Shown here piece after piece: positions 6,488 through 15,146 of a stretch of 33,565 nt of DNA. The notes under the pieces were generated by a model. It was not told the DNA's origin, ran no database searches, and saw nothing but the letters and a program-made list of their open reading frames with translations. Origin of the DNA: a virus (Duplodnaviria; Caudoviricetes); IMG/VR virus record IMGVR_UViG_3300009678_000110, positions 1 through 33,565 of that record; one strand, written 5' to 3'. The position numbers and the translations under genes are program-made. The first letter of the stretch is position 1, and every line of letters starts with the position of its first letter.

Positions 6488-6624
6488 TGCCGCGCCGGCC
6501 GACGCACATGCGGCCGGTGCTCCCGGTCGTGAACCCGCGCCCGAGCCCGCGTCCGCGCGTGGCCGACGCGCCGCGGGGCACGCGACGCCCGTACCTGACG
6601 CTGCGGACCCGACGTCCGCTCTGA
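6487..6624 (+). CDS. 45-aa Arg/Pro-rich cationic peptide
   Basis: TAATG coupling with upstream gene, fills the gap to 6632, nearly all codons end in G/C. Confidence 0.55.
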   Translation: MPRRPTHMRPVLPVVNPRPSPRPRVADAPRGTRRPYLTLRTRRPL

Positions 6625-6631
6625 GGCCCGC

Positions 6632-7363
6632 ATGGCGGAGCTCGAGCCGCTTCCGTTCCGCATCCCCACGATCACGCTAGGCGCGCTGCGCTACATCGAC
6701 GCGCGCGACTGCCCGGCGGCGGATCGCCGCGCGGCCCGCAACCAGGTGCTCGGGAAGATGCGCGACGTCGCGCCGCTCGAGATCTTCTGCGACACGGCCG
6801 GCATCGAGAACACGTTGCGCGCGGCGCGCCCCGACTTCGACGCGACTCTGGCGCGCGTGTCGGGCAAGCAGTTCCCCATCGAGCTCGGCGACTATCTGCC
6901 GGGCGAGCTTGTCTGCTACAACACGACGAGCGGCGAGGCCGTCGGCGGCTTCATGTTCTTCGCGCCGAAGGACCACGTCACCGACACCGTGCATCGCGTG
7001 TCGTACTTCCCGATCGCGGCGTACCCGCGCGTCGCCGACCCGCGCGTGCGCGTACGGCGGATGTTCGACGTGATCGAGGCGTACGCGCAGACGCGCATCG
7101 ACGGGCCCGGGCAGCACACCATCATCTTCCGCACTGCGCGGACCCGCTACTTCGTGGACGCCGTCCGCAACGACCTGGGCGACCAGGCGATGGCCGCGTG
7201 GCGCGCCGAGGCGCTAGTCCGCGCCGCGCGGCAGACCAACCCGGTCGTGCTCGAGGAAGTCGCGGACCCGCAGCTTGCGGGCCGCACGATCCTCACCGTC
7301 AAGCCGGTGGCCGCGATCGCGGACCCGGTCGGCGAAGTGGTGGACATCCAGAGGGCGAAATGA
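6632..7363 (+). CDS. Hypothetical protein (243 aa)
   Basis: GAGG SD, typical codon usage, ATGA overlap with next gene. Confidence 0.7.
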   Translation: MAELEPLPFRIPTITLGALRYIDARDCPAADRRAARNQVLGKMRDVAPLEIFCDTAGIENTLRAARPDFDATLARVSGKQFPIELGDYLPGELVCYNTTSGEAVGGFMFFAPKDHVTDTVHRVSYFPIAAYPRVADPRVRVRRMFDVIEAYAQTRIDGPGQHTIIFRTARTRYFVDAVRNDLGDQAMAAWRAEALVRAARQTNPVVLEEVADPQLAGRTILTVKPVAAIADPVGEVVDIQRAK

Positions 7364-8676
7364 ACGTCAACGCCACCCTCTCAGCACAGCAGGTGGCGGT
7401 TGCGGTCGGCGTGCAGGGAGTCGGCGCGACGCTCAGCGGCACGCGCCCGGACATCGCGTTCTCCTCGAGCTCGTCGGCCGCGTTCACCGGTCCCAACGAC
7501 CTTTCGCCGACCACGGTCGCCGGCCACAAGAGCATCCCGTTCGACAGCACGCCGTTCCCGGACGCCGCGTACGACACGATCGAGTACAGCAACTTCAAGG
7601 TCGTCACGCGGCACTCGTGGTTCGGTCGGTTCGCCTTCCCGATCCCGGCGGGCTCGACCATCACGAACGCGTTTCTCCGACTCGTCACGACGACGGGCGG
7701 TGACGCAAACGTCATCACGGCGCGCTTCTGGCTCCCGTCGAAGGACGGCATCTGGGACAACGTCGGCCCGAATAGCAGTTGGGTCGTGATGAACGACACG
7801 ACGGGCGCGACCACGGAGGCGTGGGGCTTTCAGTCTCTCATGCAGACTGCCGGCGGCGGCGCGAACCTCTCGAGTGGCCCGGGCCTCGGTTCGATCGACG
7901 TCAACGTCAAGTACAACTGGGGGGTCGGGGTCATCACCGACAGTTCCGGGGTCGACGCGATCGCGCAGACGTTGGTCTGCACCACCTCGGGCAACTTTCG
8001 GCGCTTGCAGTTCCGGCTGGGCCGCTCGGGCTCGCCGACGGGCAGCATCCGCTTCAAGATGTACCCCGCGATGGCGAACGACGGGTCGGACGACCGACCT
8101 AACACGAGCACCCTGCTCGCGACGTCGAACGACATCGTGGCGACCGCCGTACCGGTGAATGGCCTGGTGAACATCGACTTCCCGGCCGATGTCGCGGTCA
8201 CCTCGGGGCAGCGGTACACGTTCGCCCTCGAAGTCGACTACGCGTACGGAACCGCCTACATCCGCTCGACGGCGCTCGTCGTCGACAGCTACGCGGGCTC
8301 CGCGTGCGTGTTCGGGCAGCGCTTCGGGGCCGCCTCGTGCGCCTACGGCGTCGGCCCGATGTGGCCGCACCTCTATCGCGAAGACGCGATCACCATTCAC
8401 GAGCCGGCCTTCGGCAGCGTGCTCGAGTACGTGCTGAACACGACGTGGACCGGCAACCAGGACTTCGACCTCACCACGCTCGTGCAGGAGTGGGTCGCGT
8501 CGCCCAGCTATGCGCCCGGCTTCGTGATGGTCGGCGCGCAGGCAAAGGACACCGGATTTCTCGCGAGCCGGCGCTTCACCAGCGCTCAGTTGTTCGTGAC
8601 CGGCTTCACGAACGTCCCGTCGGTGATCGGCGGCGTGACGGCGCAGCGCTTCAGCGTCGCGCTGGACCTCGGGTAG
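7360..8676 (+). CDS. Beta-rich virion/adhesin-like protein with split DNRLRE(CBM96)-like domain (438 aa)
   Basis: ATG 7360 (ATGA overlap); GRFAFPIPAGSTITNAFLRL ... FDLTTLVQEWV.SPSYAPGF; T/S/G-rich. Confidence 0.6.
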   Translation: MNVNATLSAQQVAVAVGVQGVGATLSGTRPDIAFSSSSSAAFTGPNDLSPTTVAGHKSIPFDSTPFPDAAYDTIEYSNFKVVTRHSWFGRFAFPIPAGSTITNAFLRLVTTTGGDANVITARFWLPSKDGIWDNVGPNSSWVVMNDTTGATTEAWGFQSLMQTAGGGANLSSGPGLGSIDVNVKYNWGVGVITDSSGVDAIAQTLVCTTSGNFRRLQFRLGRSGSPTGSIRFKMYPAMANDGSDDRPNTSTLLATSNDIVATAVPVNGLVNIDFPADVAVTSGQRYTFALEVDYAYGTAYIRSTALVVDSYAGSACVFGQRFGAASCAYGVGPMWPHLYREDAITIHEPAFGSVLEYVLNTTWTGNQDFDLTTLVQEWVASPSYAPGFVMVGAQAKDTGFLASRRFTSAQLFVTGFTNVPSVIGGVTAQRFSVALDLG

Positions 8677-8679
8677 CCC

Positions 8680-10278
8680 GTGCAGCGGCCGATCATCACC
8701 GACTGGAAGAACCCCGACTACGAGGCGATCTACCGGTTCCGCAACTGGAACCTGCGGCGCCTCCGCGACGGCGGCGAAGACGCGTGGGAGGCGGCGTGGG
8801 AATACTACGCGACGCACCCGCAGCAGGCGATCGGTGACTGGATCACTACGTTCGACCCGCGCCTAGCAGCGCGCGGCATCAACCCGTACATCCCCTTCGT
8901 TCTTTTCCCCCGGCAGGCCGAGTGCATTGACTGGCTCTGGGATCTGTATCTCACGCAGAAAGAGGGCGTCCTCGAGAAGTCGCGCGACTGCGGCGCCACG
9001 TGGGTCGCCGCGTCGTTCGCGTGGTGGCTCTGGACGTTCCACGAGGGCGTGCAGATCGGCTTCGGCTCCCGCAAGGAAGGGCTGGTCGATCGCATCGGCG
9101 ACCCCGACTCCATCTTCCAAAAGATTCGCATTCTGATCGCGCGCCTCCCCGTCGAGCTCCGGCCGAACGAGTGGAAGAGCGGCGAAGACGAACCGTACAT
9201 GCGGATCAAGAACCGCGAGACCTCGTCCGTCATGATCGGGCAGGGTGGTCGCAACATCGGCCGCGGTGGTCGATCTTCCCTGTACTTCGTCGACGAGGCC
9301 GCCTTCCTCGAGTATCCCGAGGAGGCGCAGGCCGCGCTCTCCGCGAATGCCGACGCGAAGATCTGGCTGTCCACGCCTAACGGCACGGGCAACCCGTTCT
9401 TCCGCATGCGCTTCAGCGGGAACTTCCCGGTGTTCACCTTCCATTGGAAGGACGACCCGCGGAAGGACGACGCGTGGTACGCGGAAAAGAAACGCACGCT
9501 CGAGCCGGAAGTGCTCGCGCAGGAAGTCGATCTCGACTATGAAGCGAGCGACACTCAAGTCGTCATCCCGTCGCTCCACGTCCGAGCCTCGCGCTCGCTG
9601 CGCAAGGCCCTCGAGAAAGATGGTCTGCTTCCCCCGATTACGAAGGGCAGCGGCCTCGGTGGGCTCGACGTCGGTGCCGGCGGTCCCGGCAAGTCCGTCC
9701 TCGTCCCCCGTTTCGCCACGGTAGTCCTGCCCTCCACGAAGTGGGGCGACGACGACACGATCGACGTCGCCGCGAAGGCGCGCGAGTGCGCCGTCGAGCA
9801 GGGCTGCTCCTCGATTCTCTTCGACTCCATCGGCGTCGGCCGCGGGGTCGCCGCTGCGTTGCGCCGGATGTCCGGCGTGATCTCGCAGGGCGTCAACGTG
9901 GGCGATCGCGCGACGCGGACGCGCTGGCCCGACGGCAAGCGCGCCAAGGACAAGTTCGTCAACCTGAAGGCCGAGCTCTGGTGGAACGTGCGTGACGCAC
10001 TCCGCCGGACGTACGAGCACTGGCTCCACTACGCCGGAGAGGGCGGGGTGGCGCACGATCTCCAAGACCTTCTCTTCCTGCCCGAAGACGAAGCGCTATG
10101 CGCGGAGCTTTCGCTCCCTCGGTATCACCACACCGAGACGGGCAAGATCCAGATCGAATCGAAACGGCAGTTGGCCGCTCGTGGAGTGGCTTCACCGGAC
10201 CACGCGGAAGCGTTGGTCCTCACGTTCGCACCTCGCGTCGCAGTGAAGCGGGCGAAGCGCGCACAGGCACGTTGGTAA
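8680..10278 (+). CDS. terL: Terminase large subunit
   Basis: Walker A-like EKSRDCGATW, Walker B YFVDEAAF, coupling motif STPNG, nuclease GLDVG...FDSIGVG...SPDHAEAL. Confidence 0.95.
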   Translation: MQRPIITDWKNPDYEAIYRFRNWNLRRLRDGGEDAWEAAWEYYATHPQQAIGDWITTFDPRLAARGINPYIPFVLFPRQAECIDWLWDLYLTQKEGVLEKSRDCGATWVAASFAWWLWTFHEGVQIGFGSRKEGLVDRIGDPDSIFQKIRILIARLPVELRPNEWKSGEDEPYMRIKNRETSSVMIGQGGRNIGRGGRSSLYFVDEAAFLEYPEEAQAALSANADAKIWLSTPNGTGNPFFRMRFSGNFPVFTFHWKDDPRKDDAWYAEKKRTLEPEVLAQEVDLDYEASDTQVVIPSLHVRASRSLRKALEKDGLLPPITKGSGLGGLDVGAGGPGKSVLVPRFATVVLPSTKWGDDDTIDVAAKARECAVEQGCSSILFDSIGVGRGVAAALRRMSGVISQGVNVGDRATRTRWPDGKRAKDKFVNLKAELWWNVRDALRRTYEHWLHYAGEGGVAHDLQDLLFLPEDEALCAELSLPRYHHTETGKIQIESKRQLAARGVASPDHAEALVLTFAPRVAVKRAKRAQARW

Positions 10279-10281
10279 GGC

Positions 10282-11850
10282 ATGTCGATCGACAACAAGC
10301 ATCCCGACTACCTGGACGTCGTCGAAGATTACGTCGTCATGCGCGACACGTTCGCGGGCCAGCGCCGGATCAAGCAAGCCGAGTTCCTGTACCTCCCCGC
10401 GACCGGCGGCCAGATCAAAGACGGCGCTCTCAAGAGCACGACCTCGCTCGGCCGCAAAGAATACGACGCGTACATCGAGCGCGCGATCTTCCCCGACTAC
10501 GTGCGCGAGGCCGTCAACACGCTAGTCGGCGTGATGCACTCCGAGCCCGCCATCATCGAGCTCCCGCCCGCCCTCGAGCCGATGCGCGAGAAGGCGACGC
10601 GCAAGGGCGAGTCGCTGCAGGCGTTGCTCCGAAAGATCAACGAGCAGCAGTTGCTCTACGGCCGGTTCGGCGTGCTCGCCGACTTTCCGCAGGATCCGCA
10701 GCACGCGGAGCGCGCGCAGGCGCCCCACCTCGTGACCTACGAGGCGGCGTCGATCATCAACTGGGACGACGAGCGCTTCACCGAGTTCAGCCCGAACCGC
10801 CTCAGCTTCACGGTCGTGAACGAGACCGTGTTCGTGCGCGGCCCGAACGGCACCAACGTCTACGACTTCCAGGAAGAGCGCCGCTATCGCGTCGTTTACC
10901 TCGAGCCGGCGGACGCCGAGCAGCCCGAGAGCCCGACCAATCCGCTCACCTACAAGACCTTCACGCAGCAGGACGACATCCAGAGCGAAGTCGTCATCCC
11001 GACCTTTCGCGGCACTGCGCTCAACGACATCCCGTTCGTGTTCATCGGGTCGAACGACCTGAACGTCACGCCCGACGAGATCCCGCTGCTCGGGCTGGCG
11101 AACCTCTGCCTCGCGATCTACCGCGGCGAGGCCGACTATCGCCAGTCGCTCCACATGCAGGGGCAGGACACGCTCGTCATCGTCGGCGACGAAGTCGGCC
11201 GCGACGGCGAGACGAAGGAAGAGGACGCAGAGACCGAGATCGGTGCAGGCGCGATCATCCGCATCCAGCCCGGCGAGGGTTCGGGCGCGAAGTTCATCGG
11301 CGTCGACTCGAAGGGTCTGCCCGAGCAGCGCCAGGCGGTCGAGGCCGACAAGCAGCGCGCACAGAGCATGGGCGCGCGACTGCTCGAGCCGCGCGGCTCG
11401 CAGGCGGAGTCGGGCGACGCGCTGCGCATCCGCGTTGCGGCGAGCACCGCCACGCTCTCGACGATCGCGGTCACCGCTGCCGCCGGTCTCGAGGAAGCGC
11501 TCAAGCACTGCGCGCGCTGGATCGGCGCGGACCCGGACGCCGTCAAGGTGCGTCCGAACATGGACTTCACCCAGGAGAGCCCGAGCCCCGAGCTCATGCG
11601 CTCCCTCGGCCAGGCGATGCAGACGGGCAACATCCCGCTCTCGCTCGAGTCGATTCACAAGTGGCTGCAGTCGAAGAACTTCACGAAGCTCACCTTCGAG
11701 GAAGAGCTCGCGCGGATCGCCGCCGAGGAAGAGACCGGCGTGCGCGAGACGCTGCCGCAGCCGCCGCAGGCCACGGCCACGGACACTGAAGACGAAGAGG
11801 GGGACGCGTCCGACAACACGGGCGCCGACAACGACGTTTCCACCGACTAG
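10282..11850 (+). CDS. Portal protein (DUF4055-type)
   Basis: HPDY...YLP...Y..Y.ERA.F, YGRFGVLAD, I.NW, IPFVFIG, AESGDALRIR; position after TerL. Confidence 0.9.
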   Translation: MSIDNKHPDYLDVVEDYVVMRDTFAGQRRIKQAEFLYLPATGGQIKDGALKSTTSLGRKEYDAYIERAIFPDYVREAVNTLVGVMHSEPAIIELPPALEPMREKATRKGESLQALLRKINEQQLLYGRFGVLADFPQDPQHAERAQAPHLVTYEAASIINWDDERFTEFSPNRLSFTVVNETVFVRGPNGTNVYDFQEERRYRVVYLEPADAEQPESPTNPLTYKTFTQQDDIQSEVVIPTFRGTALNDIPFVFIGSNDLNVTPDEIPLLGLANLCLAIYRGEADYRQSLHMQGQDTLVIVGDEVGRDGETKEEDAETEIGAGAIIRIQPGEGSGAKFIGVDSKGLPEQRQAVEADKQRAQSMGARLLEPRGSQAESGDALRIRVAASTATLSTIAVTAAAGLEEALKHCARWIGADPDAVKVRPNMDFTQESPSPELMRSLGQAMQTGNIPLSLESIHKWLQSKNFTKLTFEEELARIAAEEETGVRETLPQPPQATATDTEDEEGDASDNTGADNDVSTD

Positions 11851-11886
11851 GCATGACGCCTAGCAACTCATGAGAGGAAAGAAACA

Positions 11887-12747
11887 ATGGCTCTGAAGGT
11901 AGTTCTCGATTCCCTGGACGATGTGCCGGAGGCGATCCACAGCGAGTACGTCGAGAAGGACGGCAAGTTCGTCCTGCAACTCGACGGCGCGTTCTCCGCG
12001 GTCGACCGCGACAATCTGCAGAAGGCGCTGAAGAAAGAGCGCGACGAGCACAAGGCCGCGAAGCAGCGGTTGGGCAAGTACGGCGAGCTCACGCCCGAGC
12101 AGATCGAAGAGCTCCGCTCGAAGAACGAAGAGCTCGCACTGCAGATCGAGACGCTGGGCACGACCGACGAGGCCGAGCGCACGAAGAAGATCGACGAGCT
12201 CGCGGATCGCCGCGCACTCGCGCGCATCAAGCCGATCGAGCGCCAGTTCAACGAGCTCAAGTCGCAGTTCGAAGGCGTGACCGGCGAGCGCGACGAGCTC
12301 CGCCGCGAAAAGCTCACGAACAAGATCATCAGCGCCGTGACCGATCCGGTCGTCCTCAAGGAAGCGGGCATCGTTCCCGACGCCGTCGAGGACATCAAGC
12401 TCTGGGGCCTCGCGCACTTCGAAGTCGACGAGAACGGAAACGTCGTGTCGAAGGAAAGCCTGGGCACCCCGGGCATCCCGCCGAAGGACGTGTTCGGCGA
12501 CTTCAAGACGAACGGTCAGCGGCGCCACTGGTTCGGCACCACGACCGGCGCCGGGGCGACCGGCGGCAAGGGCTCCGACAGCCTCACGGGCGACAACCCG
12601 TTCGTGGAAGGCAAGTTCAATCTCTCGAAGATCGGTCTGCTCGTGAAGGCCGATCCCCAGAAGGCCGTTCGCATGGCGAAGGCCGCGTCGACGAAGAACT
12701 ACGACGCGACGAAGTACCTGCCGAAGGCGCTCCGTCCCACCGCGTAG
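11887..12747 (+). CDS. Head scaffolding protein
   Basis: MALK..LDSLDDVPEA....Y.EKDGKFVL, long coiled coil, GAGATGG..NPF...FNLSK tail; directly upstream of MCP. Confidence 0.85.
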   Translation: MALKVVLDSLDDVPEAIHSEYVEKDGKFVLQLDGAFSAVDRDNLQKALKKERDEHKAAKQRLGKYGELTPEQIEELRSKNEELALQIETLGTTDEAERTKKIDELADRRALARIKPIERQFNELKSQFEGVTGERDELRREKLTNKIISAVTDPVVLKEAGIVPDAVEDIKLWGLAHFEVDENGNVVSKESLGTPGIPPKDVFGDFKTNGQRRHWFGTTTGAGATGGKGSDSLTGDNPFVEGKFNLSKIGLLVKADPQKAVRMAKAASTKNYDATKYLPKALRPTA

Positions 12748-12753
12748 TTAGGC

Positions 12754-12826
12754 GACGCAAAACAGACCCGCTAAAAGCTCCGTGACGGGGCCCGGCGGAG
12801 AAAAACCCGTCACGGCGCATGGCGTC
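12754..12826 (+). promoter_or_regulatory. Structured intergenic element upstream of major capsid gene
   Basis: 10-bp perfect stem CCGTGACGGG/CCCGTCACGG (12780-12815) inside GACGC/GCGTC; no U-tract. Confidence 0.45.
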
Positions 12827-12868
12827 CGTCGGGGTAGCAACCAACCATCAACCTGAAAGGAATCCGAA

Positions 12869-13879
12869 ATGGCTGCGACCCAGCTCACGGACCTCATCAT
12901 CCCGAGCGTATTCTCCGAGTACGTTCAGCTTCTCAGCGCGGAGCGATCGGCGTTCCGCAACTCCGGCGTTCTCGTCGACAGCGAGTTCATCAGCGGACTC
13001 ATGGACGGCGGCGCGCAGGTGTTCAACGTGCCCCACTTCCGCGATCTCGCGCAGACGGAGTCGAACGTGTCCTCGGACGCGCCCGGCACCAGCGCGACGC
13101 CGCTGAACATCACCACGGGGCAGGAGATCGCCCAGCGGCACAGCCGCAACCAGGTGTGGGCCAGCATGGACCTCAACGAGGCCCTGGCCGGCGCCGACCC
13201 GATGCAGGCGATCGCCTCGCTCGTGGCGAACTACTGGGTGAAGCAGGAGCAGCGGATGATCATCTCCGCACTCCGCGGCGTCGTGGCGGACAACATCGCC
13301 AACGACGCGGGCGACCTCGTGCGCAACGTCGCGCTCGGCGTGGCCGGCACCCCGACCGCCGCCAACCTGTTCTCGGCCGAGGCGTTCATCGACGCCCAGC
13401 AGACGATGGGCGATGCACAGGGCGACCTGGGCGTGGTGGCGATGCACTCCGTGGTCTTCGCGCGCGCGAAGAAGAACAACCTGATCGACTTCATCCCGGA
13501 CAGCCAGGGCGTGGTCGACATCCCGTTCTTCCTCGGTCTCCGCGTCGTGGTCGACGACGGTCTGCCCGCGATCGTGAACGCCGGCAACATCGAGTACAGC
13601 ACCTACCTCTTCGGGGTCGGTGCCGTGGCTCGCGGCGAGCGCGCACCGCTCACCCCGACGGAAGTCGATCGGGCTCCCCTCACCGGCAACGGTGGCGGCC
13701 AGGAGTTCCTGATCAACCGCGTCGAGTGGGTGCATCACCCGCGCGGCTTCGCGTGGCTCGCGGCCTCGCAGGCCGGTCGTTCGCCGACGAACGCCGAGCT
13801 GATCCTCGCGGCGAACTGGGACCGACGGTACCCGGAGCGCAAGCAGATCAAGTTCGCGGAGCTCCGCACGAACGGCTAG
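12869..13879 (+). CDS. Major capsid protein
   Basis: T.L.D.I.P.VF..Y, F..SG, P.F.DL, DPM.AI...VA.YW, MHS.V, G.RVVVDD, GNGGG.E.L..R..HPRG, NW.R; strong AAAGGA SD. Confidence 0.95.
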   Translation: MAATQLTDLIIPSVFSEYVQLLSAERSAFRNSGVLVDSEFISGLMDGGAQVFNVPHFRDLAQTESNVSSDAPGTSATPLNITTGQEIAQRHSRNQVWASMDLNEALAGADPMQAIASLVANYWVKQEQRMIISALRGVVADNIANDAGDLVRNVALGVAGTPTAANLFSAEAFIDAQQTMGDAQGDLGVVAMHSVVFARAKKNNLIDFIPDSQGVVDIPFFLGLRVVVDDGLPAIVNAGNIEYSTYLFGVGAVARGERAPLTPTEVDRAPLTGNGGGQEFLINRVEWVHHPRGFAWLAASQAGRSPTNAELILAANWDRRYPERKQIKFAELRTNG

Positions 13880-13897
13880 ACCCCGTTCTGATCCCGA

Positions 13898-13934
13898 GCG
13901 CCCCGCCGTCTCAGTGGCGGCGGGGCGCCTTTCC
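13898..13934 (+). terminator. Probable intrinsic terminator / stabilising hairpin after MCP
   Basis: GCGCCCCGCCGTC-loop-GGCGGCGGGGCGC followed by CTTTCC. Confidence 0.65.
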
Positions 13935-13960
13935 TCTACCCCCTACACACTGAGGTGTCC

Positions 13961-14473
13961 ATGTCCACCGATCAGATCTCCGCGGCCGATCTCGACGAGC
14001 TCGAAGACGAGCCCGCCGCCGTCGCCGCTCCCATCGACCCCGCCCAGTCCGAAGACGTCTCGAGCGCAGCCCCGGCCGGGCTCGAGGTCGACGTCGACGA
14101 GGACGAGGCGTCCATCGACGCGTTCCCGGAATTCGAGTCGTCCGACGACGAGCCGAGCGACGACGAGATCGTCCTGCTCAACCGCGAGCTCGCGGTGTCG
14201 AACGCCCGCGTGTCGCGCGCTCGCGCGAAGTACGAGGCGGCGCTCGCGGAGAACAGCGAGATCAACCAGCGGCTCGGCATTGCGCTCATGGCCGCGGGCG
14301 ACGTCCCGCTGCACGTGCTGAACCGCATGCAGGACAAGATCACGCGGCCCGAGGATCACCGCCGCCTGACGGCGCGCGAGGCGATCGACCGGCTGCAGGG
14401 CCACTACCGCCCGGGCAAGCGCAACTACCCGGTCCATTCGACGGCGCGTCCGCTCGTCGAGAAGGCGGAGTAG
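13961..14473 (+). CDS. Highly acidic hypothetical protein (170 aa)
   Basis: GAGGTG SD; D/E-rich disordered N-terminal half, coiled-coil/basic C-terminal half. Confidence 0.75.
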   Translation: MSTDQISAADLDELEDEPAAVAAPIDPAQSEDVSSAAPAGLEVDVDEDEASIDAFPEFESSDDEPSDDEIVLLNRELAVSNARVSRARAKYEAALAENSEINQRLGIALMAAGDVPLHVLNRMQDKITRPEDHRRLTAREAIDRLQGHYRPGKRNYPVHSTARPLVEKAE

Positions 14474-14477
14474 TCCC

Positions 14478-15146
14478 ATGTCCGAGCGCTTCCCGCTCAC
14501 GCCCGACGAGTTCCTGCAGGAGCTCGAGATCGACGAGATCGACCCGTCGTTCGGGCGCGAGCGGGGGCGCACTCGGCGCAACGTCCAGCTTTACAACGCG
14601 CAGAAGGCACGTCGCGAACGCCGAGTGCGCAACAGCGCCGGCTTCGCCCATCCCGCGAACACCGTGCCCCTGCCCGCGACGGGCATCACGCCGCCGATCG
14701 CCGCGGGCCAGGAAGCGCTCCCCGCGTACCTCACGTGGTACTGCGAATTCGCGAACGCCAACGTGGTTCAGTACCCGGCAACCGGCGCGATCACGAACGC
14801 CATGGTGAACACCGGGGTGTACTGCGTCGGCATCGCGGCGGCCACAGGCTTGCTCCGCATCATCGACCTGGCGTCCGTCGCCATTCTCACGGTCGACCTG
14901 AATCAGTTTGTCACGCATCACGGCTGGCATCAGATGGGCGTGCTATTCGACCCGGTTGGGGGCCGCATGGCCCTGTTCGCCGACGGCGATCAACTGGGCG
15001 CGGTGTCCTTCGCGCACGCCACGTGGTCGGCCGGCACGTGGAACTACATGTGGAACACGGGCACGGCGGCAAAGGTCATCAGCATCGGCACCGTGAGTCC
15101 GCTCGAAGTTTTCCCGGGGCACATCCCGGCAGGATTCACGCTGTGA
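14478..15146 (+). CDS. Putative head decoration protein, LamG/concanavalin-like (paralog A)
   Basis: GWHQMGVLFD...RMALFADGDQLG LamG-like strand pattern; head-gene context. Confidence 0.6.
   Translation: MSERFPLTPDEFLQELEIDEIDPSFGRERGRTRRNVQLYNAQKARRERRVRNSAGFAHPANTVPLPATGITPPIAAGQEALPAYLTWYCEFANANVVQYPATGAITNAMVNTGVYCVGIAAATGLLRIIDLASVAILTVDLNQFVTHHGWHQMGVLFDPVGGRMALFADGDQLGAVSFAHATWSAGTWNYMWNTGTAAKVISIGTVSPLEVFPGHIPAGFTL

Noticed and set aside
12750-12840. c-di-GMP-I (GEMM) riboswitch-like words GACGCAAA...CTAA...ATGGC
   Set aside because: Upstream GGCAAA and GNRA-capped P2 are missing and spacing is off; an RF01051 scan would settle it
8680-13879. Intein or intron in TerL, portal or MCP
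   Set aside because: Lengths are normal, motifs are contiguous, no splice-junction or homing-endonuclease motifs
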